DNA of 64,000 bases from Chloroflexota bacterium. Its GTDB lineage: Bacteria; Chloroflexota; UBA4733. The translations under genes and the position numbers were made by a program. Location: the NCBI GenBank assembly GCA_023381555.1, contig JAMCRV010000114.1, positions 2,899 to 66,898 on the forward strand, read 5' to 3'. Positions 28,394 through 38,781 of this stretch are shown here, one piece after another. Numbering within the stretch: position 1 is the stretch's first letter; every line of letters begins with the position of its first letter. A model generated the notes under the pieces. The model was not told the DNA's origin. It made no database searches and saw only the letters and a list, made by a program, of their open reading frames with translations.

Positions 28394-29152
28394 GTGACGG
28401 TAGACTTGGCGCCATTACAAACTATCTGGCTCGGGCGGCGATCTTACCGCTCGACGTGGGCCTTGCAACGTGCTCTCGCCGATGCGCGCCGCAAGGGCTG
28501 GCAGGAGGATACCTTGTTGCTCGTGGAGCACGAGCCAACCATCACTCTCGGACGGCGAGCCATTCCAGATCATCTCCTGGCCTCGAATGAGGAGCTCGAG
28601 GCACTGAACCTCGATGTTGTAGCTATCGACCGAGGTGGGGATGTCACACTCCATTGCCCTGGACAGCTCGTGGCGTACCCGATTCTGCACCTTGATCGCT
28701 GGGGCAATGACGTTATCGCGTATCTACGACACCTCGAAGAGGTGGGCATCCGTGTCGCGCGTGAGTTTGGTGTCACGAGCCACCGCGATGCCGGGTTCAC
28801 GGGCGTGTGGGTTGGGGAGAACAAGCTCGCTGCCATCGGGGTTCGGGTGTCACGGGGAGTGACAACACACGGGATCGCTCTGAATGTAGATCCCGATCTC
28901 AAGCTCTTTCGGACCATCGTGCCCTGCGGTTTGCATGATCGCGGTGTGACGTCCCTGCGGGAGCTCGCCAATCCAGTTCCTCGGTTGGAACAGGTTCGAG
29001 AAGTCTTCATCCAGCAGTTCTGTGCGGTATTCGAGTGTGAGGCGGTGCCGTATCCTTCTGACAGCGTCGATCCTCTGGCAGAATTTGCACCCCCCGAGCC
29101 AGCACCTTCTCCTCTGCAGCTCAGCCTCTCTCTGAAACGTCAGGCCAGCTAA
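28394..29152 (+). CDS. lipB: octanoyltransferase (lipoyl(octanoyl) transferase)
   Basis: 252 aa with the LipB pattern LLLVEHEPTITLGR, RGGDVTLHCPGQLVAYPI, KLAAIGVRV. Confidence 0.9.
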   Translation: MTVDLAPLQTIWLGRRSYRSTWALQRALADARRKGWQEDTLLLVEHEPTITLGRRAIPDHLLASNEELEALNLDVVAIDRGGDVTLHCPGQLVAYPILHLDRWGNDVIAYLRHLEEVGIRVAREFGVTSHRDAGFTGVWVGENKLAAIGVRVSRGVTTHGIALNVDPDLKLFRTIVPCGLHDRGVTSLRELANPVPRLEQVREVFIQQFCAVFECEAVPYPSDSVDPLAEFAPPEPAPSPLQLSLSLKRQAS

Positions 29153-29526
29153 TGCGCTGCCTTGTGGGAGTCGACGTGATCGCCATTGACCGTGTAGAGC
29201 GAATCATCTCGCGCTTTGGAGCGCGGTTCCTTGAGCGTGTCTTCACAGAGGAAGAAGTGCGCTCGTCGCTCAACCGAGCCGATAAGCTTGCTGCCCGCCT
29301 TGCAGCCAAAGAAGCGGCGAGCAAAGCGCTGGGCTGCGGCATAGGTCGCGTCGGTTGGCGTGACCTCGAAGTACGTGTGCTCGCATCTGGACAGCCTGAG
29401 CTCATCTTCCACGGGCACGCGTGCGAGCTTGTATCTGAGCTCGACCTCGCCGGTTGGAGCGTAAGCTTGTCGCACGACCGCGACGCTAACGTGGCGGTTG
29501 CCACGGTTGTGGCTTGGTCGGCCTGA
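29152..29526 (+). CDS. acpS: holo-[acyl-carrier-protein] synthase
   Basis: 124 aa with GVDVIAIDRV, AARLAAKEAASKA, SLSHDRD. Its start overlaps the lipB stop (TAATG). Confidence 0.88.
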   Translation: MRCLVGVDVIAIDRVERIISRFGARFLERVFTEEEVRSSLNRADKLAARLAAKEAASKALGCGIGRVGWRDLEVRVLASGQPELIFHGHACELVSELDLAGWSVSLSHDRDANVAVATVVAWSA

Positions 29527-29601
29527 GAGGCGGGAGATTCCCTGGGGACGTATCGATACGCGGTGCACCGCACTCGCGCTGAAGACGGAGTGAACGTACG
29601 A

Positions 29602-30510
29602 ATGCAAAGCGCAGCGTGGCTCTTTCCAGGACAAGGGAGTCAGTTCGTCGCAATGGGTCGAGACCTGTACGCCCAGGACTTCGCGACCCGGGAGCTGTTT
29701 GCTCTCGCGTCCGCTACTACTGGCCTTGATCTCACGACGCTGTGCTTCGAGGGGCCCGCTGCTACCTTACAGCAAACACAGTTTGCGCAACCAGCCCTCC
29801 TAACGGTGTCAGTTGCTTTCGTGCGCTATTTGCAACATCGAGGCGCACGCGCCGATTGGGTCCTGGGTCACAGTCTCGGTGAGTACAGCGCGCTGGTCGC
29901 GTCTGGCGTCCTGAACTTCTCGGATGCCATTCGCATCGTCCAGCGCCGCGGGACACTCATGGCGAAAGCCGCAGATGGTGCAATGGCTGCAGTCCTGGGG
30001 CTGCCAGAGGACACCGTCTGTGATCTGTGTGATGATGCCGGCGGGGGTGTCTGGCCCGCTAACTTCAACGCTCCAAGACAAGTCGTCATTTCCGGAACAC
30101 TACAGGCCATTCAGAAAGTGGCGGATTTGGTAAAGGAGCGGGGCGGCGGTAGAGTAGTCCCCTTGCGAGTGAGTGGAGCTTTCCATTCGCCGCTCATGCG
30201 AACTGCTGCAGAAGGATTGCGTCAGACACTTTCATCGGCATCCTTCTACGATGCAGAGATACCGGTGATCAGTACGGTTGATGGGCAGGTGCATAGGCAC
30301 GGAGAGGACTTTCGGGAGCTTCTAGAGGTGCAGGTGGTAGCACCGGTGTTGTGGACGCGCTCGATCACGACGCTCCTAGAACTCACGCATGGTCCGCTGC
30401 TCGAAGTAGGGCCAGGATCAGTGCTCGCCGGACTCGTCCGTCAGCATGACCCTGGTGCGACGGTGACGTCAGTGGGTACGGTGAAGGCTGCCAAGGAACT
30501 GCCTCTGTGA
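29602..30510 (+). CDS. fabD: malonyl CoA-ACP transacylase
   Basis: Contains FPGQGSQ, the active-site GHSLGEYSAL, and SGAFHSPLM. Start chosen at ATG 29602. Confidence 0.9.
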   Translation: MQSAAWLFPGQGSQFVAMGRDLYAQDFATRELFALASATTGLDLTTLCFEGPAATLQQTQFAQPALLTVSVAFVRYLQHRGARADWVLGHSLGEYSALVASGVLNFSDAIRIVQRRGTLMAKAADGAMAAVLGLPEDTVCDLCDDAGGGVWPANFNAPRQVVISGTLQAIQKVADLVKERGGGRVVPLRVSGAFHSPLMRTAAEGLRQTLSSASFYDAEIPVISTVDGQVHRHGEDFRELLEVQVVAPVLWTRSITTLLELTHGPLLEVGPGSVLAGLVRQHDPGATVTSVGTVKAAKELPL

Positions 30511-30571
30511 AGCACCCCCGGCGAGTCGTGGTTCTCGCAGCCACGAGAGCAAGGCGTAGGCTTCGGAGATT

Positions 30572-31828
30572 GTGAAAGGGGGAGACTCCGGCGAAGTGGC
30601 GGCTCTTCCACACATCGGAGCAGTGATTGTCGCTGCTGGGTCTAGCGCTCGAATGCGAGGTACTGACAAGCTTCGCGCCGACCTGTCTGGGTCGCCGCTC
30701 CTCCAATGGAGCGTACAAGCCGCCGATGCTTGCTCCAAGGTCGAGCGGATCGTTTTGGTCGTGCATGCAGATCGCTTGCAGTGGGGTGGGGAGCTGGTGA
30801 GGCAGATTCCTGTACACAAGCCAGTGGATGTCGTCCTCGGTGGCCCACTACGACAGGACTCGGTCTCTCTAGGTTGCGCGGCACTGGCAGGATGCGAGTA
30901 TGTAGCTGTCCACGATGGAGCACGGCCATTTGCGACGGCAGCACTGTGGGATCGTTGCATCACGGCTGCTCTTGCCGTGGAGACGTGCGCCATCGCGGCC
31001 TTTCCCGTGCACGACACGCTCAAGATGGTCAGCGATCAGCGTGTGGAGCGTACGATCCCTCGTGAGTCACTATGGATGGCGCAGACTCCTCAAGTAGCCC
31101 ACCGCGAGACGCTTCTCGCAGGATTGACCGCCCTTCGCCAGGAAGGCCGGCTCGTGACTGACGAGGCTTCTGTGTTCGAGTATCTGGGGCTTGCCGTGCA
31201 GATCGTTGATGGAGAACCGCACAATTTCAAGGTGACGGCTCCTAATGATCTTGAGCTTGCAAGGGCGCTCACACAATCTGATACCATTCACCACCCTTGG
31301 ACAAGTTCATCGGAGCGAGCGTCGCGACCAGCCCCCGCCCACGATCCGCGTGTCGGAATCGGCTACGACATTCACCGACTGATCCCGGGGCGGCCTCTCG
31401 TACTTGGTGGTGTTCGCTTCCAACACCCGTCCGGCTTGGAGGGGCACTCAGACGCCGATGTCGTGCTGCACGCCATCATGGATGCGGTGCTGGGAGCAGC
31501 AGCCCTTGGCGACATTGGCGCCCACTTTCCGCCACAGGATGAGCGTTACCGCAATGCTGACAGTAGGATGCTTCTGCGCCAAGTACGCGACATCGTGTCC
31601 GTCGCTGGATTCTCCGTTCAGGGGGTGGATGTGGTAGTGGTGGCTGAGCAGCCACGGTTGCAGCCGTCAATCGACCGCATGCGTCACAATATCGCCGGAG
31701 ATTTGCACTGCGATGTACAGGCCGTGAGCGTCAAGGCCACAACGAATGAGCGCTTAGGACCGGAAGGAAGAGAAGAGGGGATCTCCGCGATTGCTATCGC
31801 TTCCCTTGCGCTTCAGAAGCATTCGTGA
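30572..31828 (+). CDS. ispDF: bifunctional IspD/IspF (MEP cytidylyltransferase / MEcPP synthase)
   Basis: The N-half has AAGSSARM (IspD). The C-half has GIGYDIHRL, GHSDADVVLHA, and FPPQDERYRNADS (IspF). The exact start is uncertain. Confidence 0.9.
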   Translation: MKGGDSGEVAALPHIGAVIVAAGSSARMRGTDKLRADLSGSPLLQWSVQAADACSKVERIVLVVHADRLQWGGELVRQIPVHKPVDVVLGGPLRQDSVSLGCAALAGCEYVAVHDGARPFATAALWDRCITAALAVETCAIAAFPVHDTLKMVSDQRVERTIPRESLWMAQTPQVAHRETLLAGLTALRQEGRLVTDEASVFEYLGLAVQIVDGEPHNFKVTAPNDLELARALTQSDTIHHPWTSSSERASRPAPAHDPRVGIGYDIHRLIPGRPLVLGGVRFQHPSGLEGHSDADVVLHAIMDAVLGAAALGDIGAHFPPQDERYRNADSRMLLRQVRDIVSVAGFSVQGVDVVVVAEQPRLQPSIDRMRHNIAGDLHCDVQAVSVKATTNERLGPEGREEGISAIAIASLALQKHS

Positions 31829-31847
31829 CGTTTGAGGAGCACGTTGA

Positions 31848-33317
31848 GTGACGCTTCGGATCTACAACACACTAAGCCGCCGCAAAGAAGAGTTTCAACC
31901 CCTTGGCGATCCGGTGCGCTTCTACTGTTGTGGAATGACGCCGAAGTTTCATCCCCACTTGGGCCACGCGAAGCTGTTCGTCACCATGGACGTCATTCGA
32001 CGGTACCTCGGAGAAAAGGGATACCGCGTTCGTTACGTCCAGAACTTCACGGATGTGGACGATAAGATCATTGCTCGAGGCTTGTCCGAAGGGGTCTCAG
32101 CGGCAGCGGTAGCGCGACGGTACACCGACGGTTATTTCCACAGCATGGAAGCGCTCAATGTTCAACCCGCAGATGTCTACCCCCGAGTCTCGCAGACGAT
32201 CTCTGGCATCATCGAGATGATCCAGGGTCTCATCGCGGGTGGCAATGCCTACGCGCCGGGGAATGGCGATGTCTATTTTCGTGTTGCTTCATTCCCGAGT
32301 TATGGCAAGTTGTCCCATCGGACGGCGGACGACGTGCTCGCCGGTGCGCGGGTCACGGTGGGTGAAGAGAAGGAGGACCCTCGTGACTTCGCTCTCTGGA
32401 AGGCGGCGAAAGAGGATGAGCCATCGTGGCCGAGTCCGTGGGGTGCTGGGCGTCCAGGGTGGCATATCGAGTGCTCGGCGATGTCGAGACAGGAGCTCGG
32501 TGATCAGATAGATATCCACGCTGGTGGTCCCGATCTTATTTTTCCTCACCACGAGAATGAAATCGCCCAGTCAGAGTCTTTCACTCATAAAGAGCCCTTT
32601 GCCCGTTACTGGGTCCACATTGGTCAACTCAACGTGGGTAGTGAAAAGATGGCTCACTCACTCAACAACTTCACTACCGTGCTCGAGACCTTGGAGCGAC
32701 ACCATCCGGTTGTGCTTCGGCTCTACTACCTGTCCCAACACTACCGTACACCAGTGACCTACACGGACGAGAGCCTTGTACTCGCGCGCAAACAGGCAGA
32801 GCACCTCATCGAAGGAAGGTCCGCGCTCGCGTCTCTGATCGCGCAGCCGGCCCAAGATGCCGTCAAAGGCTCTTCTCCAGCTCCGGTCAGGGAGCTGGCT
32901 TCGATGGCATCCGATCTTTCCTTGCGCTTCTTCGAAGCGATGGATGATGACTTCAACACAGCACTCGCGCTGAGCCGCCTCTACGTGTTCAGCCGGGAAG
33001 CTGTACGCGTCTCTCAGATGAGACCGATTGGTCACGACCCTCAAGCACAGCACGAGGCACTGCGGTTGGCCCTCACCACGTTCGATCACCTTGTGTCGAT
33101 CCTGGGTTTCGATCTTCCGCGATCGTCTGTGGAACTCGTGAGAGGCGAGCGGGCACTTGCCCTGGACGCTGCGACAATCGAAGCAGCTATCGCCAGGCGT
33201 GCCGAGTTGCGACGGCAGCGCAAGTGGTCAGAGGCAGACGCGATCCGCGAGCAATTGCTCACGCAGGGGATCGTTCTTGAGGACGGCTCGCACGGAACTA
33301 CGTGGCGACGTGCGTGA
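31848..33317 (+). CDS. cysS: cysteine--tRNA ligase
   Basis: 489 aa with the HIGH-type HLGHA and the KMSKS-equivalent KMAHS. The N-terminus is LRIYNTLSRRKEEF. Confidence 0.93.
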   Translation: MTLRIYNTLSRRKEEFQPLGDPVRFYCCGMTPKFHPHLGHAKLFVTMDVIRRYLGEKGYRVRYVQNFTDVDDKIIARGLSEGVSAAAVARRYTDGYFHSMEALNVQPADVYPRVSQTISGIIEMIQGLIAGGNAYAPGNGDVYFRVASFPSYGKLSHRTADDVLAGARVTVGEEKEDPRDFALWKAAKEDEPSWPSPWGAGRPGWHIECSAMSRQELGDQIDIHAGGPDLIFPHHENEIAQSESFTHKEPFARYWVHIGQLNVGSEKMAHSLNNFTTVLETLERHHPVVLRLYYLSQHYRTPVTYTDESLVLARKQAEHLIEGRSALASLIAQPAQDAVKGSSPAPVRELASMASDLSLRFFEAMDDDFNTALALSRLYVFSREAVRVSQMRPIGHDPQAQHEALRLALTTFDHLVSILGFDLPRSSVELVRGERALALDAATIEAAIARRAELRRQRKWSEADAIREQLLTQGIVLEDGSHGTTWRRA

Positions 33318-33360
33318 GGTGCAGCACCACCGGGCTGGCAGATGGGGTGGAGGCCCCGCA

Positions 33361-34092
33361 GTGATAGGGGGGCGCCGCCCGGTGGAGGAAGCACTTCGCC
33401 GGTTCGGAATCGTACGTGAGCTGCTCATCGTCGGAAATGACCACGCGAGAGGACCTGTGAAGAGCCTCATCGACAAGGCGAACGAGCGCGGTGTGCCCGT
33501 GACATTGGTCGATCCAGTGACACTGGACCGGATTACAGACGGTCAACATCACCAGGGTGTGGCAGCCATTTGTGGGCTGCCAGCATCGTGCGATCTGGAA
33601 GAGCTTCTGGGCCAGGCCAGTGCACGTGGAGATAAGGCTCTAGTGGTGCTCGCAGACCACTTGCAGGATCCGCACAACCTGGGGGCTTTGATGCGCTCTG
33701 CGCTGGCTGCGGGGGCACACGGGATCATCGTTCCAGAGGACCGAGCAGTGACAATGACGCCTGCTGTGGTGCGCGCCTCCTCAGGGGCTGCACTCCTTCT
33801 GCCGTACACGGTCGTGGTCAACTTGGCACGCACTGTGCGCCTTCTCAAGCGCGCGGGTTTGTGGGTGGTAGGCCTACATCTGCAAGGAGAGAGCGACCTA
33901 TACGGGTTGGATCTTACCGAGCCGACTTGCATTGCTATTGGCAGCGAAGGGGCTGGGCTCTCACGCCTCGTGAGAGACGAATGTGATGTGCTTGCACATA
34001 TCCCTCTGAATGGAGCGGTGGAGACTCTCAATGCCTCCGTTGCTGGGGCGGTCGCACTCTTCGAAGCTCAGCGGCAGCGCCGGAGCGAGTGA
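33361..34092 (+). CDS. TrmH/SpoU-family 23S rRNA 2'-O-methyltransferase (RlmB-like)
   Basis: SpoU motifs LQDPHNLGALMRSALAAG, IGSEGAGLS, ETLNASVAGAVALFE. The start is chosen at GTG 33361; the track ORF (33157) overlaps cysS. Confidence 0.8.
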   Translation: MIGGRRPVEEALRRFGIVRELLIVGNDHARGPVKSLIDKANERGVPVTLVDPVTLDRITDGQHHQGVAAICGLPASCDLEELLGQASARGDKALVVLADHLQDPHNLGALMRSALAAGAHGIIVPEDRAVTMTPAVVRASSGAALLLPYTVVVNLARTVRLLKRAGLWVVGLHLQGESDLYGLDLTEPTCIAIGSEGAGLSRLVRDECDVLAHIPLNGAVETLNASVAGAVALFEAQRQRRSE

Positions 34093-34211
34093 GCTGCGGA
34101 TCACCCCACCCCGAGTCGGTACTTGCTGGAGGGGGAGCGCTCGGTGAAGAAAGCCGTGCTGCTTACAATGTTATAGTCAGTTTGATGCTATCGGAATAAA
34201 GGCATGTAACG

Positions 34212-37055
34212 GTGATCGACCTCTCCTCGTTTCCCGGACCGAACTCAGCGTACGTTCTCGATCTTTACGAGCGCTACCGCAGCGACCCTTTATCTGTTGA
34301 CGAGGTAACTCGCGATTACTTCACGCGCCTCGAGCGCGCAGATCAGCAGTTGGTTCAGCCAGCGCAATTTCCCGCTGTAACGGGCGAGGTGTCTCGTCCC
34401 TTTGCGAGCATTCCGGCCAGCGAGGCAGTGCGACTTGCGATGGGCGCCACAAGCTTGGCGCGAACGATTCGAGAGTACGGGCATCTGGCGGCGCGGCTCG
34501 ACCCGCTGGGCAGCGCCCCGCCCGGCGATCCAGGTTTGGAGCCGGCGGCGCATCAAATCCTTGCTGAGGAGCTTACGACCCTGGCGCCCTCAGTAGTTCC
34601 TAGCCAGGCTGCTCCGGAGGCGCGCACTGCACTCGACGTTATCGAGCGGCTCCGGGAGATCTATTGCGGCTCCATCGGTTACGACTTCACCCACGTCCAG
34701 ATGGCAGAAGAACGCACGTGGCTCATTGATACGATCGAGTCCGAAGAATGCCGGCCTCATCTCAGTAGGGACCAGAGCCGCGCCTTGTTGGAACGTCTGA
34801 CCCGTGTCGAAGGCTTCGAGCAGTTTCTCCAGCAGACCTACCGCGGGAAGACCAGATTTTCAATTGAAGGGCTCGATGCCCTCATCCCAATGCTCGATGA
34901 GATCTTGACTGCGGCTGGCGCCCAGGGAACTGGTGATGTACTGGTGGGGATGGCGCACCGCGGCCGCCTCAATGTTCTCACGCACGTTCTTGGGCGTCCA
35001 TACGCTGAGATTGTTGCGGAGTTTGAGGCGAGCAAGCGAGGCCTCGAAACGTCGATGTCGGTCCGCGACTATCAGGGCTGGACAGGCGACGTGCAGTATC
35101 ACGAGGGTGGACAGCGCGTCGTCAACGGTGATACTGGCGAGTACCGGCTCACGGTTCATCTTGCTCCCAACCCCAGTCATTTGGAGCACGTGAACCCTGT
35201 TGTTGAAGGTCGGACACGGGCAGCGCAGGAGCAATGCCTCGAACGAGGACTGCCACGCCAGGACGTAGATAGTGCCCTCGCCCTCCTCGTACATGGTGAT
35301 GCCTCCTTCACCGGACAGGGCATCGTCGCTGAGACCCTGAACCTTTCACAGCTTCCGGGATACACAACCGGGGGAACCATCCACATCATCGCGAACAACC
35401 AGATAGGCTTCACAACCGATCCCTCTGATGGTCGATCAACTCTCTATGCGAGTGATCTTGCCAAAGGGTTCGAGATTCCTGTCTTTCACGTCAATGCAGA
35501 TGATCTCGTCGCCTGCCTGATGGTTTCGCGACTCGCTGTGGCGTATCGGTATCGCTTTCATAAGGACGTGCTCATAGACCTGGTCGGCTACCGCCGACTT
35601 GGACATAACGAGGGTGATGAGCCTTCCTTCACTCAGCCGCAGATGTATGCTATGGTCGCGCAACATCCAACGCTGCGTACCCAAGTTGCCCAGCGGTTGA
35701 TCGCTGACGGTATGGTGACCGATGAGGAAGCAGCGGCGATGGCCACTAAGGTCCGTGATGAGCTCGAGCGGGCCGTCCACGCTATCAACGACGCACACTC
35801 TGTCTCGGACCAAGAGTATGCAGCTCAAGACGTCAAAGATATGGTTCCGACAGAAGTGCGGGAGACGCGCCTCCGTGAGCTCAATGCGGCACTCTTCACC
35901 CTGCCGGAGGGATTCGAGCCCCGAGCCAGCAGGATTATCGAGCGCCGCCGAGAAGCTCTCGACGTTGATGGCCCTATCGACTGGGGCCATGCTGAGCTGC
36001 TTGCCCTCGCCAGCATTCTGGCCGATGGAACACCAATCCGCTTGGCGGGACAGGACAGTCAGCGTGGCACATTTGGTCAGCGTCTGGCTGCGGTGCACGA
36101 AGCGCGGACCGGCCAGAGAATCAGCCTTTTTCACCAGCTGCCGCAGGTCCACGTCAATGCCGCGATCTACAACAGCCCGCTCTCAGAGGCAGCAGTGCTG
36201 GGATTCGAGTATGGCTATTCGATCCAGCGGCCGGAGGTTCTCGTGCTCTGGGAGGCGCAGTACGGCGACTTCATCAATGGCGCGCAAGTCATCGTCGACG
36301 AGTTCGTAGTTTCTGGTTATGCCAAGTGGGCCCAGACGTCGTCACTCGTGCTCCTGTTGCCACACGGGTATGAAGGGCAGGGTCCCGATCATTCCAGCGC
36401 TCGTATCGAGCGATTTCTGCGACTGTGTACCAACAACAATCTCGTAGTCGCTAACTGCACCACTGCGGCTCAGTACTACCATCTGCTGCGGCGTCACGCG
36501 GCGATTGCACGAGCGGTGCCAATTCCGCTCGTCGTATTCACGCCGAAGTCGTTGCTGCGTCATCCTAAGGCCGCGGCTCATCTCAGCGATCTGGCGCGCG
36601 GAAGATTCTACAGTCTGCTGGATGATCCGCTTCCTGGTCGAGACCCTGCCGAAGTGACCCGACTCATTTTGTGCTCGGGCAAGATCTACGTCGATCTTGA
36701 CAGCGCTCCATCGCGGCCACTGACTCCTTCCATAGCGATTGCACGTATCGAACAGCTCTACCCCGTACCGGAAGACGAGATCCGAAGGCTGCTACAACGC
36801 TATGTCAATGTCAAGGAACTCGTCTGGGTGCAAGAGGAGCCATCCAACATGGGTGCGCTGCCTTACTATCTGCCTATCGTGTGGCGCCTTGCCGGCCAGC
36901 TGCCTTTACGCGTCGTCGCGCGCTCAGCGCGAGTAAGCCCAGCGGAAGGCTCGCCGGAGGCGCATCGAACCGAGCAGAACCGCATCGTCCGCGAGGCATT
37001 GCTCGATGCTCCAGTGCTGGATAAGGCCAAGAGAGAGGTTATCCATGCCAGTTGA
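34212..37055 (+). CDS. sucA: 2-oxoglutarate dehydrogenase E1 component
   Basis: 947 aa. N-terminus SFPGPNSAYVLDLYERY, with the TPP-binding region and overall SucA length and pattern. Confidence 0.92.
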   Translation: MIDLSSFPGPNSAYVLDLYERYRSDPLSVDEVTRDYFTRLERADQQLVQPAQFPAVTGEVSRPFASIPASEAVRLAMGATSLARTIREYGHLAARLDPLGSAPPGDPGLEPAAHQILAEELTTLAPSVVPSQAAPEARTALDVIERLREIYCGSIGYDFTHVQMAEERTWLIDTIESEECRPHLSRDQSRALLERLTRVEGFEQFLQQTYRGKTRFSIEGLDALIPMLDEILTAAGAQGTGDVLVGMAHRGRLNVLTHVLGRPYAEIVAEFEASKRGLETSMSVRDYQGWTGDVQYHEGGQRVVNGDTGEYRLTVHLAPNPSHLEHVNPVVEGRTRAAQEQCLERGLPRQDVDSALALLVHGDASFTGQGIVAETLNLSQLPGYTTGGTIHIIANNQIGFTTDPSDGRSTLYASDLAKGFEIPVFHVNADDLVACLMVSRLAVAYRYRFHKDVLIDLVGYRRLGHNEGDEPSFTQPQMYAMVAQHPTLRTQVAQRLIADGMVTDEEAAAMATKVRDELERAVHAINDAHSVSDQEYAAQDVKDMVPTEVRETRLRELNAALFTLPEGFEPRASRIIERRREALDVDGPIDWGHAELLALASILADGTPIRLAGQDSQRGTFGQRLAAVHEARTGQRISLFHQLPQVHVNAAIYNSPLSEAAVLGFEYGYSIQRPEVLVLWEAQYGDFINGAQVIVDEFVVSGYAKWAQTSSLVLLLPHGYEGQGPDHSSARIERFLRLCTNNNLVVANCTTAAQYYHLLRRHAAIARAVPIPLVVFTPKSLLRHPKAAAHLSDLARGRFYSLLDDPLPGRDPAEVTRLILCSGKIYVDLDSAPSRPLTPSIAIARIEQLYPVPEDEIRRLLQRYVNVKELVWVQEEPSNMGALPYYLPIVWRLAGQLPLRVVARSARVSPAEGSPEAHRTEQNRIVREALLDAPVLDKAKREVIHAS

Positions 37056-38298
37056 TGTGCGAGTTCCATCTGTTGGCGAATCGGTCGTTGAGGCTACGAT
37101 TCTGCGCTGGCACAAGCAGGAGGGTGATCAGGTGGCTGCCGGTGACGCGCTTGCGGAGCTGGAGACGGACAAGGTCACTGTCGACGTCAATGCCGAGACT
37201 GCTGGTGTGCTCCAAACGATCGTCAAGGGAGAGGGAGCTACGGTTACGATAGGTGAGACTATCGCTGTGATCAACGAAGCAGCAGTGGCAGCTGTGCCTC
37301 AATCGGTCCCTGTCACCCCCACCGCTCGTACCGATAGCTCTGCTCCAGCGGAGACACCGCGCGCTCCGGCTGGTAGCGATGGTGATCATCTCCGTGTCAC
37401 TCCTCTCGCGCGAAAGCTTGCTGAGCAGCTGGGAGTAGATCCCTCCCAAGTTGAAGCATCCGGACCTGGAGGTCGGGTCACTCGCACAGATGTCGCCGCT
37501 CATGCGGGCACCGCAACGGTGGCCAGGACCAGCCCATCTTCGACCCTCTCTGGCTTGATGCCTGGGCCACCGAAGATCGAGGCTTACTCGCAGGTAGGGG
37601 AGCGGGAAGAGATTGTTCCGCTCAGTCGCCGGCGCCGCACGATTGCGCAGCGACTGGTCGAGGCGAAGTCCGTCACGGCCATGCTCACGACGTTCAACGA
37701 AGTGGACATGAGCGCCGTGATGGAGCTCCGTAAACGCCGGCGCGATGCATTCAAGGATCAGCACGGCGTGAGCCTGGGGTTCATGTCATTTTTTACTCGT
37801 GCAGCGATCGGAGCACTCAAAGCGTATCCGCGCCTCAATAGTGAGATTCGTGGCGACAATCTGATCGTGAAGAAGCACTACGACGTCGGGATCGCCGTTG
37901 ATAGTGAGGAGGGGTTGGTCGTCCCAGTTGTGCGGGATGCTGATCGCCTCTCGTTTGCTCAGATTGAGCAAACCATTGCCGACCTGGCGCAGCGTGCACG
38001 ATCGGGCAAGCTTTCTATTGTAGACCTCCAGGGCGGCACGTTCACTATCACCAATGGAGGAGTTTTCGGCTCACTGTTCTCTACACCGCTGCTCAATATG
38101 CCGCAGGCGGCCATTCTGGGAATGCATCGTATTCAGGAACGGCCGGTTGTGATCGATGGCCAGATCGTGGTGCGCCCGATGATGTACCTTGCGCTGACTT
38201 ACGACCACCGCATTGTTGATGGTAGAGAAGCGGTTCAGTTCCTGACGAGGGTCCGCGAGTTCGTGCAGGATCCGGAGCTGCTCCTCATCGAGGCGTGA
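37045..38298 (+). CDS. sucB: dihydrolipoyllysine-residue succinyltransferase (E2o)
   Basis: Lipoyl domain (ELETDKVTVD), PSBD, and the canonical catalytic DHRIVDG. ATG 37045 overlaps the sucA 3' end by 11 nt. Confidence 0.9.
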   Translation: MPVDVRVPSVGESVVEATILRWHKQEGDQVAAGDALAELETDKVTVDVNAETAGVLQTIVKGEGATVTIGETIAVINEAAVAAVPQSVPVTPTARTDSSAPAETPRAPAGSDGDHLRVTPLARKLAEQLGVDPSQVEASGPGGRVTRTDVAAHAGTATVARTSPSSTLSGLMPGPPKIEAYSQVGEREEIVPLSRRRRTIAQRLVEAKSVTAMLTTFNEVDMSAVMELRKRRRDAFKDQHGVSLGFMSFFTRAAIGALKAYPRLNSEIRGDNLIVKKHYDVGIAVDSEEGLVVPVVRDADRLSFAQIEQTIADLAQRARSGKLSIVDLQGGTFTITNGGVFGSLFSTPLLNMPQAAILGMHRIQERPVVIDGQIVVRPMMYLALTYDHRIVDGREAVQFLTRVREFVQDPELLLIEA

Positions 38299-38511
38299 CG
38301 CAGTGGCGAGAAGCATTGCGATACACCACACCTGTCGCTCCCGTATGGTCGGCTTCTTTTTCACGGGAGACTGCTCCCACCACCGCTTGAGAAGATCTGG
38401 CACGAAATTTGCCTACTCGGCGCAGTGCAGCAATCGATGCGGGGCGCGAGATTTCGGTTAGAGCCCGCGTGGTGATGTTCCAGAGGTGATTTCTGTAAGG
38501 AGAATAAAGAC

Positions 38512-38724
38512 TTGGCAGACGTAACAATCACAGCGACTCGCAATGGTCCGTACATGGTCAAGGGCAAGGTAAAGCTGATCGATCCGCGTGGAAATGAAGT
38601 CGACAGTGAGAGCGACGAGATCTACCTGTGCCGCTGTGGACATTCGGAGAGCAAGCCGTTCTGTGATGGGACACATCAGAAGATCGGATTCAAAGCCTCT
38701 GATCCTGCCCCAGAGGTCGGCTAA
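38512..38724 (+). CDS. CDGSH iron-sulfur domain protein
   Basis: 70 aa with CRCGHSESKPFCDGTH (C-x-C-x2-S-x5-P-x-CDGSH). TTG start preceded by AAGGAG. Confidence 0.75.
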   Translation: MADVTITATRNGPYMVKGKVKLIDPRGNEVDSESDEIYLCRCGHSESKPFCDGTHQKIGFKASDPAPEVG

Positions 38725-38781
38725 AACAGTATCGTCAGAGGGTTGACGAGGGACTCCACCCTCTGGCTTGAGGAGTATGCG

